This document shows, in pieces, positions 30,535 through 40,975 of a stretch of DNA of 64,000 bases. The notes below the pieces were generated by a model. The model saw only the letters and a list, made by a program, of their open reading frames with translations, was not told the DNA's origin and made no database searches. Source of the stretch: Chitinophagales bacterium (GTDB lineage Bacteria > Bacteroidota > Bacteroidia > Chitinophagales > JADIYW01); contig JBGAWK010000001.1 in assembly GCA_044227665.1 (NCBI GenBank), forward strand, positions 96,793 to 160,792. The letters are read 5' to 3'. The position numbers were made by a program, and so were the translations under genes. Each line of letters starts with the position of its first letter. The first letter of the stretch is position 1.

Positions 30535-32430
30535 CTATTCTTGAGGGATTTTGTCCCCTCTAAGTATTCTATATCTTTTTTTTGCTTCTATACCATACGT
30601 GCTATCCGTATAATCTGTAATCACAGTTTCATACAAAGACATTGCTTTTGGCTTGTCTTCAAGATAGTTTTCATATAATTCTGCTAAATAGAATGTGGCG
30701 TTGTCGCCTAATATTTCTTCGGCGTAAGCTTCTCTAATATGTTCCAGCTCTATAGCTGCTTCTTTATATTTCTGCTGCCCTCGGTATATTTTATATAATT
30801 GAAAATATACATCATCCACTAGGGAGTTAAGAGGGAAATCCTTTAACAGTTGGATGAAGGCAACTACAGCCTCATCATTTTTATTTTGGAAACGAAGAAG
30901 GTCGGCTTTGGCATAGGCACGCAATGCATCGCCTATGGTATCCTGATTGAGATTGTCGAATATAAACACGGAGAGGTCTATGGCATCGTTGGAGATGAGC
31001 TCTGGCGTATTGGCTTTGATTACCCGCAGTTGTGTCTGTGACCATTCAAAGTCCCCTTTATAGAAAGATAGTCGCGCATTGCGAAGTTTTGCTTCTTCGC
31101 CTATCACGGAGTTTTTGAAATCCTTCTCCACCTGAGTATATAGGAGCAGGGACTCCCAAGGTTGCGCGGCAAGCAAGTAGTAGTCCCCAAGTGCCAGTTT
31201 TGCCTTTGCAGCCATTTCTTTGCTTACATTGGGCTTGTTCATATAGTTTTCTAGGGTAGTAATAGCACTGTCAGGTTCGTGGAGATACATAGCTTGAAAG
31301 TCGGCATAATCTATGGCTGCAGACGTGCTGGTATATGCATTGTAATAACTGGAAAGAAACTGAATATAGTCGCTTTTTATTGCTAAGAGCTGATCTTTGG
31401 TATATTGAGGTTGGTCAACAAGTTTGTCGCGAGTAGTATTTATAAGTTCTAAATTGGCTTGTACAAAATAATCGTTTTTTACCCCTTTTGCAATCACATA
31501 TTTGTAAGCTTTTATGGCGGCATTATAATCTTTTTGACTATAGGCGACCCGAGCCAGTTTCATTATGTTGCCACCATCTTCATTTCTGAGCATATCTAGT
31601 GATTTGGCTTGCCATAGTGCTGCTTCAAATTCGTTGCGCTGCATATATAGCCATACTAGTAAATCCTGATATACAAACTCCATCTTATTGTTGCCTACTT
31701 TTTCTAAGAGGGTTTCTTCCAGGGCATCAAATTCTTTATCATTGTCAAAAACTCTTTGCATACCCTCCTTTACTGCCTCCAAATTTTCGGGGTGGTATTG
31801 GGCTTCATCCAGATAGCCCTTCATCATCTCCTCGAATTTGCCGAGCTTCCCATATACATAAGCGGATTCTAATGCAAAGGCTGAAGGAGATTTTAGGAGC
31901 GATTTCCCTCTTTGATATACAGCTATGGCATCTTCGTAATTGCCTTTGGAAATATGTATTTGCGCCAAAGCAGCTATTTGGTAAGGGTTAGGACGTAAGT
32001 CCTCTATAGCTTTTTGGTAATATTTTTCTTTAGTCTTGCTGTCGCCCTGAATTTCATAGAGGTCTCCTAGTTCCAGCCAATATCTAGGGTCTTTGTCTGT
32101 AAGTAGATAAACTTTTTTAATGAGTTTTTCAGCATTTTTATAATCTTTTAGTTGTAGTAGTACTTCTTTATACTCATCATAATATTCCAGATAACTACTT
32201 TCCTCTGTAAGTATTTTGTTATAATATTCAAAGGCTTTTGTCCACTCCTGTTGTTCCACAAATTGTCTGGCAAGGAATAAATCATAGTTGTCTTGTGCCT
32301 GTAAATTCAATAGGCAGCAAAAGAATATGGAGATATAGAATATTTTTTTCAATAGATGCAAAATAACAAAGAAGTTGACAATGTGGGTGTTAAAAAGTAT
32401 TGTATTTGCCTGTAAATTTTTGATACACAT
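30535..32430 (-). CDS. Secreted tetratricopeptide-repeat protein
   Basis: 631 aa with a hydrophobic N-terminus. Repeated A/Y/L-rich TPR-like helices run throughout. Confidence 0.65.
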   Translation of the reverse strand: MCIKNLQANTILFNTHIVNFFVILHLLKKIFYISIFFCCLLNLQAQDNYDLFLARQFVEQQEWTKAFEYYNKILTEESSYLEYYDEYKEVLLQLKDYKNAEKLIKKVYLLTDKDPRYWLELGDLYEIQGDSKTKEKYYQKAIEDLRPNPYQIAALAQIHISKGNYEDAIAVYQRGKSLLKSPSAFALESAYVYGKLGKFEEMMKGYLDEAQYHPENLEAVKEGMQRVFDNDKEFDALEETLLEKVGNNKMEFVYQDLLVWLYMQRNEFEAALWQAKSLDMLRNEDGGNIMKLARVAYSQKDYNAAIKAYKYVIAKGVKNDYFVQANLELINTTRDKLVDQPQYTKDQLLAIKSDYIQFLSSYYNAYTSTSAAIDYADFQAMYLHEPDSAITTLENYMNKPNVSKEMAAKAKLALGDYYLLAAQPWESLLLYTQVEKDFKNSVIGEEAKLRNARLSFYKGDFEWSQTQLRVIKANTPELISNDAIDLSVFIFDNLNQDTIGDALRAYAKADLLRFQNKNDEAVVAFIQLLKDFPLNSLVDDVYFQLYKIYRGQQKYKEAAIELEHIREAYAEEILGDNATFYLAELYENYLEDKPKAMSLYETVITDYTDSTYGIEAKKRYRILRGDKIPQE

Positions 32431-32460
32431 ATTTTATTTATCGGTAAAAAATATAGATAC

Positions 32461-32468
32461 TATATTTG
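32461..32468 (+). promoter_or_regulatory. -7 promoter box TAtaTTTG
   Basis: tatatttg lies 10 nt upstream of the ATG at 32479. Confidence 0.35.
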
Positions 32469-32478
32469 GAATACATAT

Positions 32479-34278
32479 ATGAGTACTTACAACGTTTTTT
32501 TAGGCGATCAATATTATAATCGCAAACAGATAGATTTTATCCTTTATGATGTTTTGAAAGCGCAGACATTGACAGAATATGATTACTTCTCAGACTATGA
32601 CCGCGAGCAATGGGATATGTTCTTGGATGCGACAGATGCCTTCACTAAAGAGTATTTTTTCCCCTTGTTGGTTCAGATGGATAGAGAGCAACCAGAACTA
32701 AAAAATGGAACAATACGAGTGCATCCACGTATGCGTGAGATTATGCTAAAATGCGGAGAAGGAGGGTATATCAATGCAATAGCCAAAAAGGATGCAGGAG
32801 GCTTGCAGATGCCAATGACCGTTGCAAATGCTGCCAGCTTTATCATGGGTGCTGCCAACTATGATATCACGGCATATCCGGGCCTTACTATGGGTGCTGC
32901 ACACTTGATAGAGAACTTTGGCAATCAAAATCTGCGAGATAAGTACCTGCCAAAAATGTTTTCGGGTGAGTGGCAAGGGACGATGGCACTCACAGAGCCG
33001 GGAGCGGGAAGTTCTCTGTCAGATGTGGTTACTTCCGCACAAGATATAGGCAATGGGCAATATAAGATTAGAGGACAAAAGGTATTTATTTCCTGTGGGG
33101 ATAGCGATGCAGTAGATAATGTAATCCACTTGCTGCTGGCGCGAATAGAAGGAGCTCCCGCAGGGACTAAAGGCATATCACTATTTGTGGTGCCCCGCCA
33201 GCGCATATTGCTGGACGGTACATTGGAGAATAACGACGTAATTCCTGCGGGGGTATATCACAAGATGGGGTATAAGGGCGCGCCCATAGCGCATCTTGTA
33301 TTTGGTGAAAACGATGATTGTATAGGTACTTTGCTTGGAGAGCCACATAAAGGACTTTCCTATATGTTTCAGATGATGAATGAGGCGCGCATATCTGTGG
33401 GACTACATGCTACTGCTATAGCCAGTGCTGCTTACTATGCTTCATTGAAATATGCCAAAGAAAGGCTGCAAGGGCGACCCATATCAGAGAAAGACCCCTC
33501 CAAACCCCAAGTGCCTATCATCCGCCATGCCGATGTGCGAAGATTATTATTGGCGCAGAAGACTTTTGTAGAAGGGGCTCTATGCTTAGAGTTGTTATGC
33601 AGCTACTATGATGATATGAAAAAGGTGAGCAATGGTGAAGACTATGAAAGATATATGCTTATATTGGAATTACTGACACCCGTAGCCAAAAGCTATCCCG
33701 CAGAGACCAGTTGCCTAAGCACGAGTTGGGCATTGCAATGCTTCGGGGGTTATGGATTTACAAAAGATTTTGTAGCAGAACTCTATTATAGACAGACGAG
33801 AATACACACCCTCCATGAGGGCACTACTGCCATACACGGTATGGACTTATTAGGAAGAAAGATGATGCTGCAAGGCGGAAGGGCGACCATGTTATTACTC
33901 CAAGAAGTAATGGGGGATATAAAGAAAGTTTCTCAATATGATGATTTGAAGACTTATGGCGATACGCTTTCTAAAAACCTTGAAGACTTGCAGGCATTGA
34001 TGATGCACCTCATGGGTGTAGCGCAAAAAGAAGGTTCAGAAGCATTCCTATCGGATGCCACTCTTTTCTTGGAACTATTTGGCATAATAGTGATGGGATG
34101 GCTGTGGCTAAAAATGGCAGCAGTAGCGAAGCAAAATATACAAAGTGAACATTGTCGTTCTATATTGCTTTGTACGCAATACTACTACGCATACGAAATG
34201 CCAAAAGCTAAGGGGCTGTTTGTCAGACTTAGGGATACCACTAGAGTTACTACGGGAGATATAGAAGATTTGTTATAG
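32479..34278 (+). CDS. Large acyl-CoA dehydrogenase (FadE-like)
   Basis: 599 aa. ACAD middle and C-terminal domain motifs are present (GTMALTEPGAGSSLSD, QCFGGYGF, YRQTRIHTLHEGTTAIH). Confidence 0.85.
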   Translation: MSTYNVFLGDQYYNRKQIDFILYDVLKAQTLTEYDYFSDYDREQWDMFLDATDAFTKEYFFPLLVQMDREQPELKNGTIRVHPRMREIMLKCGEGGYINAIAKKDAGGLQMPMTVANAASFIMGAANYDITAYPGLTMGAAHLIENFGNQNLRDKYLPKMFSGEWQGTMALTEPGAGSSLSDVVTSAQDIGNGQYKIRGQKVFISCGDSDAVDNVIHLLLARIEGAPAGTKGISLFVVPRQRILLDGTLENNDVIPAGVYHKMGYKGAPIAHLVFGENDDCIGTLLGEPHKGLSYMFQMMNEARISVGLHATAIASAAYYASLKYAKERLQGRPISEKDPSKPQVPIIRHADVRRLLLAQKTFVEGALCLELLCSYYDDMKKVSNGEDYERYMLILELLTPVAKSYPAETSCLSTSWALQCFGGYGFTKDFVAELYYRQTRIHTLHEGTTAIHGMDLLGRKMMLQGGRATMLLLQEVMGDIKKVSQYDDLKTYGDTLSKNLEDLQALMMHLMGVAQKEGSEAFLSDATLFLELFGIIVMGWLWLKMAAVAKQNIQSEHCRSILLCTQYYYAYEMPKAKGLFVRLRDTTRVTTGDIEDLL

Positions 34279-36846
34279 ACCGAATTTTTGCTTATGGCTT
34301 TCCAATAGTAGGTATTTCCCAGACTTGTTGTAGATGTCTTGTAACTGAGAATTTTCATTACATTCTTCCAATAGAGACTTTATTGTAGATAGAGCATTTT
34401 TCTTGTGGCCCTCATTTTCCGCATAATTAAAAATGTCTGACAGTAGTAAAAGGCATTGTTCAAAAGCACTAAGATTTACGCCACGCATATATTGTTCCAT
34501 ATACCCCTTTAGTGCGTATGATGTGCTGTAATATTGCAGGGATAGAGCCCTTTCAAAGAATGAGAAATCTTCCGCCCGTGCACTATCAGCAAGAATGGAG
34601 GCAACCGAAGAAGTCATTACGGCATTTTCTATAGCGTAGTATTTCTTTGCCCAATGATAGGCTATAGCAGAGGAACTGTCACGCAAAGCCTGTAATGCCT
34701 CAGCTTTTACACTATAGGATGAGTCTCTCTCTAGGCGATCTAGGGCAGAGGAAAATGATTTTTGTGTGTGGATGCCCCTAAGCAACTTTAATGCCCTAGT
34801 GCGAACCTTGGGGTGTGCATCATAGAGTACTATCTTCTCCAGTATGGTGGCTAGGGGGGCTTTGTCTTTCCATTCTATGGGTAATAGACTTGTAAGCACA
34901 TCATATCTTACAGCCCAAAAACTGTCCTGTAGTGCGTGTAAGTAGAAATTGCGCACATAAGCATGGGACTGGAGGGCAGACAGGGCATTAATAGCGTCAA
35001 CTTTATCTATATAGTTGGTGGCATGGCGGTATGTATTTACCCACGCTGTGTCAGATTGATGGATGTTTTTTTCACTAAGAAGTACTTTGTCTTTGTCAAA
35101 TAATATCCATGAAGGCATCGTGCTAAGAGGGATGTAATATGTAGCAGAATCCCGTACTGACCATAGTGTAGTATCTTTAAAGCCCTTTTCATCTCCTATG
35201 CGAATCGCTAAGGGTAACTTAAATATAGGAATCTTCATGGTAAGGTCTTTCTGTTTTTGCACTATAGTAATCTGAAGCGAGCTACTTTCTTGATTGTAGC
35301 CATATCTTATATCTAATATGGGATGTCCTTTGGTGTACCACCATTGATTAAAGAACCAATTCAAATCTTCACCGCTCACCGCTTCCATAGCTTTGCGCAA
35401 ATCAGATACTTCTGCACTCTTGTAAGCATTGTCGTGAAGATATTTTTTTAGTCCCTCAAAAAAAGCTTCATCACCTAGATAATGTCGTAGCATATTTATG
35501 ACTCTTCCACCTTTTTCATATCTATGATTGTCAAAAATTTCCCATCTGTCGGAATAATAGTAATTTACAATAGGCTCTAATTTTTTCTTTTTGGCTTCAT
35601 CCAAGTATCCCTGCCAAGCTTCATAATGGTGTAGGTAGGCTTCGTCCTTTCCTAGGTCATGCTCATACCATAAATATTCGGCATAATCGGCAAAGGATTC
35701 ATTGAGGGTAAGATTAGCCCAAGACTCACAAGTCACCAAGTCGCCAAACCATTGGTGTGCCAATTCATGGGCAATGATACTTTCATAATGACGATCTATA
35801 AGGTCTTCATGAGTAGCAAACATAGGCTCATAAAATACGGAGGCACTAGTGTTTTCCATAGCGCCTGCTGTGTAATCATACAGTACTATTTGCTTGTATT
35901 TGTCCCAGGGATATGGTGTTCTGAATAGACTTGAAAAATATTCTATCATTTCTGGTGTCTTGCCAAATACTTTTTCTACATCTTCAAAATACTTGGCGAA
36001 AGTAAAATACTGTACAGACTTGTCGTGCCAGTGGTCGTCAAAAATTTTATACGGGCCTATACAAAGCACAAAGAGATATGGAGCGTGGGGCAAGTCTTGC
36101 TTCCAATAATCCGTTTTAGTACCATTATTGTTATATATACTATTTAAAAGCTTACCATTGCTAAAGGATACCATTGTGTCGGGATAGGTCACATATAATT
36201 CTTGTGTGCATTTTTGTTTTGTACTTTCTATGGTTGGAAACCAACAGGAGGCAGACTCTGTCTCTCCCTGCGTCCAAAAATGTAAAGGTTTATACTTGTT
36301 CTTTCCTTCGCTGTTGATGAAATAGGCACCTCTACCTTCTTCCAATATTGCAGAGTCCAATTGATAAGGCTGTGCTGTATAGCGAATATCCAATATTAGT
36401 GTATCAAGTCGGGTGATAGCCCTTGGAAAAGTGATAATAATATTTCTACCAGTATAGACAATAGGTAGGGTGTCACTACTTTTTGTATCTATAACATGAT
36501 GGATAATCATGCCTTTGGCATCGAGGGTAAGATTTTCTCTGGGTTGAAAATGAGGCACAAGTGTAAGGAAGGCATTGCCATCAACTATTTTTTTTTGGAA
36601 GTCTGGATGAAGGTCTAGTTTAGTATGCAATAAATCAAAATATTGGGTGTAACTACCCCGATAATCTGCAATATCATCTTTTGCAGTAATAACTATAGGG
36701 GCCAATGATACTTTATGGCTTTTCTTCTTTCGAGGCTTATGGTCTATGTTGCCAGCAAATGCAACATTTAGAAGAATAGAAAAGGATGCAAAACAAAACA
36801 ATAATTTATACTTATCCACAAGTATGTAAATATTCGTTAAAATCAT
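34273..36846 (-). CDS. Secreted M1-family zinc aminopeptidase (aminopeptidase N-like)
   Basis: 857 aa. GAMEN exopeptidase motif plus HELAHQWFGD(x18)E zinc site, and a helical C-terminal region. It overlaps the convergent ACAD gene by 6 nt. Confidence 0.9.
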   Translation of the reverse strand: MILTNIYILVDKYKLLFCFASFSILLNVAFAGNIDHKPRKKKSHKVSLAPIVITAKDDIADYRGSYTQYFDLLHTKLDLHPDFQKKIVDGNAFLTLVPHFQPRENLTLDAKGMIIHHVIDTKSSDTLPIVYTGRNIIITFPRAITRLDTLILDIRYTAQPYQLDSAILEEGRGAYFINSEGKNKYKPLHFWTQGETESASCWFPTIESTKQKCTQELYVTYPDTMVSFSNGKLLNSIYNNNGTKTDYWKQDLPHAPYLFVLCIGPYKIFDDHWHDKSVQYFTFAKYFEDVEKVFGKTPEMIEYFSSLFRTPYPWDKYKQIVLYDYTAGAMENTSASVFYEPMFATHEDLIDRHYESIIAHELAHQWFGDLVTCESWANLTLNESFADYAEYLWYEHDLGKDEAYLHHYEAWQGYLDEAKKKKLEPIVNYYYSDRWEIFDNHRYEKGGRVINMLRHYLGDEAFFEGLKKYLHDNAYKSAEVSDLRKAMEAVSGEDLNWFFNQWWYTKGHPILDIRYGYNQESSSLQITIVQKQKDLTMKIPIFKLPLAIRIGDEKGFKDTTLWSVRDSATYYIPLSTMPSWILFDKDKVLLSEKNIHQSDTAWVNTYRHATNYIDKVDAINALSALQSHAYVRNFYLHALQDSFWAVRYDVLTSLLPIEWKDKAPLATILEKIVLYDAHPKVRTRALKLLRGIHTQKSFSSALDRLERDSSYSVKAEALQALRDSSSAIAYHWAKKYYAIENAVMTSSVASILADSARAEDFSFFERALSLQYYSTSYALKGYMEQYMRGVNLSAFEQCLLLLSDIFNYAENEGHKKNALSTIKSLLEECNENSQLQDIYNKSGKYLLLESHKQKFGL

Positions 36847-36879
36847 ATAAGATATTAGTTATAATTTGGCAATCAGCAA

Positions 36880-36887
36880 TAAGTTTG
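36880..36887 (+). promoter_or_regulatory. -7 promoter box TAagTTTG
   Basis: taagtttg lies 5 nt upstream of the ATG at 36892. Confidence 0.25.
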
Positions 36888-36891
36888 CTTT

Positions 36892-37401
36892 ATGGCAGCG
36901 TACAAAGTAACACATTCCAACCAAGATAGTTATCAGGTTCGTTTCGAAAATGGATTAATTTATCTTAACGACGAGCCCCTAAAGATAGATTATAGCTTTA
37001 TTAAAGACAATGAAATACACTTTGTCATGGATAATAATGCCTCCATAACTGCCAAAATCATAGAAGAGAATTTTGATAATAAACAATATGTCATAGATAT
37101 TAATGGCACACATCATGTCGTAAAGATTGAAGACAAAATGGATCTTCTCATGGATAAGATGGGGCTAAAACGACAGAAGACCGATAAGATGGATGACGTA
37201 CGAGCGCCCATGCCTGGATTAGTATTACGAATATTAGTAGAGGAAGGACAGACCATTCAGAAAGGAGATGCTATGATAGTACTAGAAGCTATGAAGATGG
37301 AAAATATTATCAAGGCTTCAGGCGTAGGTATTATCAAATCCATTCCAGTCGCTGTGCAACAGGCAGTAGAAAAAAACCAAATTCTAATAGAAATAGAGTA
37401 A
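36892..37401 (+). CDS. Biotin/lipoyl-attachment domain protein (biotin carboxyl carrier protein-like)
   Basis: 169 aa. The C-terminal domain has the biotinylation motif EAMKMEN. Confidence 0.8.
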   Translation: MAAYKVTHSNQDSYQVRFENGLIYLNDEPLKIDYSFIKDNEIHFVMDNNASITAKIIEENFDNKQYVIDINGTHHVVKIEDKMDLLMDKMGLKRQKTDKMDDVRAPMPGLVLRILVEEGQTIQKGDAMIVLEAMKMENIIKASGVGIIKSIPVAVQQAVEKNQILIEIE

Positions 37402-38039
37402 TGGCGGCAATAGTATCATATCAGATGGAACAATATATCGCAGCTCATTCGAGCTGTGAAGATGAGGTTTTGTCGGCACTCAATAGGAAAACACATACAG
37501 ATGTATTGATGCCACAAATGCTGTCCGGACAAGTGCAAGGGCAGTTTTTGCAAATGATTACCGCCATGCTTCGTCCCTTACGTGTTCTGGAGATAGGAAC
37601 ATTCACAGGATATACAGCAATTTGCTTTGCTAAACACTTACCCAAAGAAGGAAAAGTTTTTACCATAGATATCAATGAAGAGCTAGAGCCTATTATTAGA
37701 GAACACTTACTACAGGCAGCAGTGTCAGACAAAGTGACGCTTATTTTTGGAGAGGCGAAAGATGTGATTCCGAATATGGACGAGACCTTTGATTTGGTAT
37801 TTATAGATGCAGATAAAGGCAACTATTCCCTATACTATGACTTAGTCATCGACAAGTTACGACAAGGTGGAATAATATTGGCAGACAATGTACTGTGGGG
37901 TGGCAAAGTTCTTGACGAGAAGAAAGATAAAGACACGGCGGCCTTAGATACTTTTAATAAAAAAATACAAGCTGACGACAGGGTAAGTAATGTGATGCTG
38001 TCGGTCAGAGATGGAATAATGATGATAAGAAAACACTAA
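37401..38039 (+). CDS. Class I SAM-dependent O-methyltransferase (caffeoyl-CoA OMT-like)
   Basis: 212 aa. VLEIGTFTGYTA SAM-binding motif and FDLVFIDADKGNY metal/substrate motif. The start overlaps the upstream stop (TAATG). Confidence 0.8.
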   Translation: MAAIVSYQMEQYIAAHSSCEDEVLSALNRKTHTDVLMPQMLSGQVQGQFLQMITAMLRPLRVLEIGTFTGYTAICFAKHLPKEGKVFTIDINEELEPIIREHLLQAAVSDKVTLIFGEAKDVIPNMDETFDLVFIDADKGNYSLYYDLVIDKLRQGGIILADNVLWGGKVLDEKKDKDTAALDTFNKKIQADDRVSNVMLSVRDGIMMIRKH

Positions 38040-38042
38040 TAT

Positions 38043-39707
38043 ATGAAGAAATATATATTGCGGATAGGGTACATAAGCACACTGCTAATGGGGACAAATA
38101 AGGGGTATGCACAGCAGAATATGACTCCTGAACAATATATTAATATGTATAAGAACATTGCTGTCAGGGAGATGAAGAAAACCGGTATTCCTGCCAGCAT
38201 CACACTTGCCCAAGGACTGCTGGAAAGCGGCATAGGCAATAGCAGTCTCGCAAAAGAAGGCAAAAACCACTTTGGTATAAAATGTCATACCGACTGGACA
38301 GGCAAGACTATGCTACTGGACGATGATGCTCCCAATGAGTGTTTTAGGGTATATCCCAGTGCCGAAGCCTCATATATTGACCACTCCATGTTTCTGACTA
38401 CCAAGCCTCGATATTCCAATTTGTTTCTAATACCAAAAGAAAATTATCAAGACTGGGCGCGAGGGCTCAAGACCGCGGGCTATGCCACCAATCCACAATA
38501 TGCCGAAATATTAATTGGTCTTATAGAGAAGCATAAACTCTATGAACTGGATCAAGAAGAAATCCCTACAAACATTGAGGAAATAAGGCTCGCGGAGGTA
38601 GAAAAATGGAAAAAAGAACAACAGCATGACAAGCCTATAGCCGTATCTCAGCCTAAGACAGAGACAGATATATATATAAAGGGAACACCCGAATTTGCCA
38701 ATACGCCCAAACATCCTGAGAAAGAACCCGTATTCTATAATAATAAGATTAAAGCAGTCCGTGCCAAGGCTGGAGACACACCCATCCTTTTGGCACAGAA
38801 GTATGGAGTCTCCGTAGAAGAGTTGTGCGAATACAATGATATGAGCCCTATGGCATATTTCAAAGATGGCGATCCTGTATATCTTCAGCCCAAGCGCAAA
38901 AAATCTTCTGAAAAAATGCACCTCGTCCTTCCCAAGCAGACGATGTGGGACATATCACAATTGTATGGTGTAAAATTAGAGTCATTATATGAGCGCAACC
39001 TGATGACCCTTGGCGAAGAGCCCGCCGTGAAAGAACTGATATACCTCAATTCAGATGCACCTGTAAAGCCTGCGCTAATATCTACTAAGCCCAAGCCCGT
39101 AGTACAAGTACAAGAAAAACTATTAGCTACAGATAATAGTAAAGAGAATGATAAAGAGGCTCAGAAAAAGAAAGAAGACCTTCTTGCGCCAATAGAAAGC
39201 AACGTCACGCTGGCAGATATTATAGATCAAAATGCGCACACTGCCGGGCCAACTTCTACTACCGTAAATATTAATACACCCAAAATAGAAGATGTAGTAA
39301 AAGAGCAAGTATCGCCAGAAACCCCAGAATTAATATCTGCAAAAGAAAAGCTTCAAGAAGCCATAGAAAAACTGGAAGCCATAGAAAAAGAAATAATAGA
39401 GCCAGTGGCATTGTCTCGAGAGCTGGAAGCAGACTCTTCCTTATATCCTTACGACCCTACCCCTTTTAATCATGCAGAAGAATCTGTATCTTCGCCTACG
39501 CAACAACATCAAGATATAGCAGAAGAATCTTCTAAAAAACTGGCGGTAGCCGATAATGAAGATAAAAATATTATTCACAAAGTAGAAAAAGGCGACACCC
39601 TCTATAATCTTTCTAAAAGATATAATGTAAGTGTATCACAGATTGTATCTGCCAATAATATCTCAGATTTAAGCATTAAACTAGGACAAGATTTGATTAT
39701 AAAATAG
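38043..39707 (+). CDS. Peptidoglycan hydrolase: N-acetylglucosaminidase domain plus LysM repeats
   Basis: 554 aa with a signal peptide. Glucosaminidase motif ITLAQGLLESGIGNSSLAKEGKNHFGIKC. At least three LysM-like segments, the last being HKVEKGDTLYNLSKRYNVSVSQIVSANNI. Confidence 0.85.
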   Translation: MKKYILRIGYISTLLMGTNKGYAQQNMTPEQYINMYKNIAVREMKKTGIPASITLAQGLLESGIGNSSLAKEGKNHFGIKCHTDWTGKTMLLDDDAPNECFRVYPSAEASYIDHSMFLTTKPRYSNLFLIPKENYQDWARGLKTAGYATNPQYAEILIGLIEKHKLYELDQEEIPTNIEEIRLAEVEKWKKEQQHDKPIAVSQPKTETDIYIKGTPEFANTPKHPEKEPVFYNNKIKAVRAKAGDTPILLAQKYGVSVEELCEYNDMSPMAYFKDGDPVYLQPKRKKSSEKMHLVLPKQTMWDISQLYGVKLESLYERNLMTLGEEPAVKELIYLNSDAPVKPALISTKPKPVVQVQEKLLATDNSKENDKEAQKKKEDLLAPIESNVTLADIIDQNAHTAGPTSTTVNINTPKIEDVVKEQVSPETPELISAKEKLQEAIEKLEAIEKEIIEPVALSRELEADSSLYPYDPTPFNHAEESVSSPTQQHQDIAEESSKKLAVADNEDKNIIHKVEKGDTLYNLSKRYNVSVSQIVSANNISDLSIKLGQDLIIK

Positions 39708-39709
39708 CT

Positions 39710-40261
39710 ATGGAAGTAACCGTTCATAATAAAAAATTTGTAAAGTACCTCTCACAACAAGAGATAGAAGAAAGAATAGCGCAGATGGCAACAGCTATGG
39801 AGAATGACTATAGCGATACGCGCCCTGTGTTCATTATTATCCTCAATGGTGCCTTCATGTTTGGCACTCAATTATTAAAAGGCTTCAAGAGCGAGTGCTC
39901 CATAGAATTTGTAAAATTAATATCCTATGTAGGCACTGAAAGTTCTGGCGAAGTAATTACAGGCATAGATATAATAGCGGATAAGATTCGTGGCAAGGAT
40001 GTAGTAATCCTAGAAGACATCATAGACTCAGGTATTACTATGGAGTTTTTTATAGAGTATCTTTACGAACAATGTAAGCCCAAAAGTGTGGAGGTGGCAT
40101 GTCTGCTATTCAAGCCCGGAAACCTTAGGAAAGATTTGAACTTGAAATACGTAGGCTTTAGCATTCCTTCCTTATTTGTAATAGGATATGGCTTAGATTT
40201 TGATAGTCTGGGTAGAAATCTAAGTGACATTTATCAAATTGTTAATACGGAAGCAGAGTAG
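39710..40261 (+). CDS. hpt: Hypoxanthine phosphoribosyltransferase
   Basis: 183 aa. PRPP-binding motif VVILEDIIDSGITM in a type I PRTase layout. Confidence 0.85.
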   Translation: MEVTVHNKKFVKYLSQQEIEERIAQMATAMENDYSDTRPVFIIILNGAFMFGTQLLKGFKSECSIEFVKLISYVGTESSGEVITGIDIIADKIRGKDVVILEDIIDSGITMEFFIEYLYEQCKPKSVEVACLLFKPGNLRKDLNLKYVGFSIPSLFVIGYGLDFDSLGRNLSDIYQIVNTEAE

Positions 40262-40271
40262 CAATCTTTAC

Positions 40272-40279
40272 TATTTTTG
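40272..40279 (+). promoter_or_regulatory. -7 promoter box TAttTTTG
   Basis: tatttttg lies 20 nt upstream of the ATG at 40299. Confidence 0.4.
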
Positions 40280-40298
40280 CAGATACTGATATAAATTT

Positions 40299-40874
40299 AT
40301 GTTGAATCTCATCTTGTTCGGCCCCCCGGGAAGTGGTAAGGGTACACAAGCCGAAAAACTTATTGCCGCCTATAATTTACAGCACCTCTCTACCGGAGAT
40401 TTGTTGAGAAATGAAATCAAAGAAGAAACGCCACTGGGCATGGAAGCAAAAAAATTCATAGACAAAGGCGAACTAGTTCCTGATGAAGTAGTCATTGGAA
40501 TGATTAGCAATCAATTGGATAAATATATGGGTAGCGTGAGAGGATTTATCTTTGATGGATTTCCACGCACAGCAGCACAAGCTCTGGCCTTAGATAAACT
40601 GTTGCAGTTTAAAAACACGGAAATAAAAGCAGTGCTGGCGCTAGAAGTGTCCGAAGAAGAGATTGTAGAACGCATACTCAATAGAGGCAGAACATCAGGT
40701 CGTAGCGACGACAACAACCCCGAGATTATTCGCAACAGATTCAAAGAATATTTAGATAAAACTACTGCTGTTGCCGAACATTATAAAAAATATGACAAAT
40801 TACATTTAGTATCTGGTATTGGGAATGTGGAGGAAGTATTTTCGCTGCTTACATCTGAGATAGAAAGTTTATAG
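40299..40874 (+). CDS. adk: Adenylate kinase
   Basis: 191 aa. P-loop GPPGSGKGTQ, LSTGDLLR, and a short lid without a zinc knuckle. Confidence 0.95.
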   Translation: MLNLILFGPPGSGKGTQAEKLIAAYNLQHLSTGDLLRNEIKEETPLGMEAKKFIDKGELVPDEVVIGMISNQLDKYMGSVRGFIFDGFPRTAAQALALDKLLQFKNTEIKAVLALEVSEEEIVERILNRGRTSGRSDDNNPEIIRNRFKEYLDKTTAVAEHYKKYDKLHLVSGIGNVEEVFSLLTSEIESL

Positions 40875-40975
40875 ACTCTTGCCACATATTTTTTTGTTCG
40901 TATAAAAAGATGTTAAAAGTATAGTCTAAAATTGTTAAAAAATAGCAATGCTGTAGCGTGTTCGTTTTATCCTTA

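Noticed and set aside
38036-39308. Minus-strand ORFs of 61-136 aa inside the peptidoglycan hydrolase gene
   Set aside because: They lie within a frame that carries clear glucosaminidase and LysM motifs. Their sequences are low-complexity antisense reads of a K/E-rich linker.
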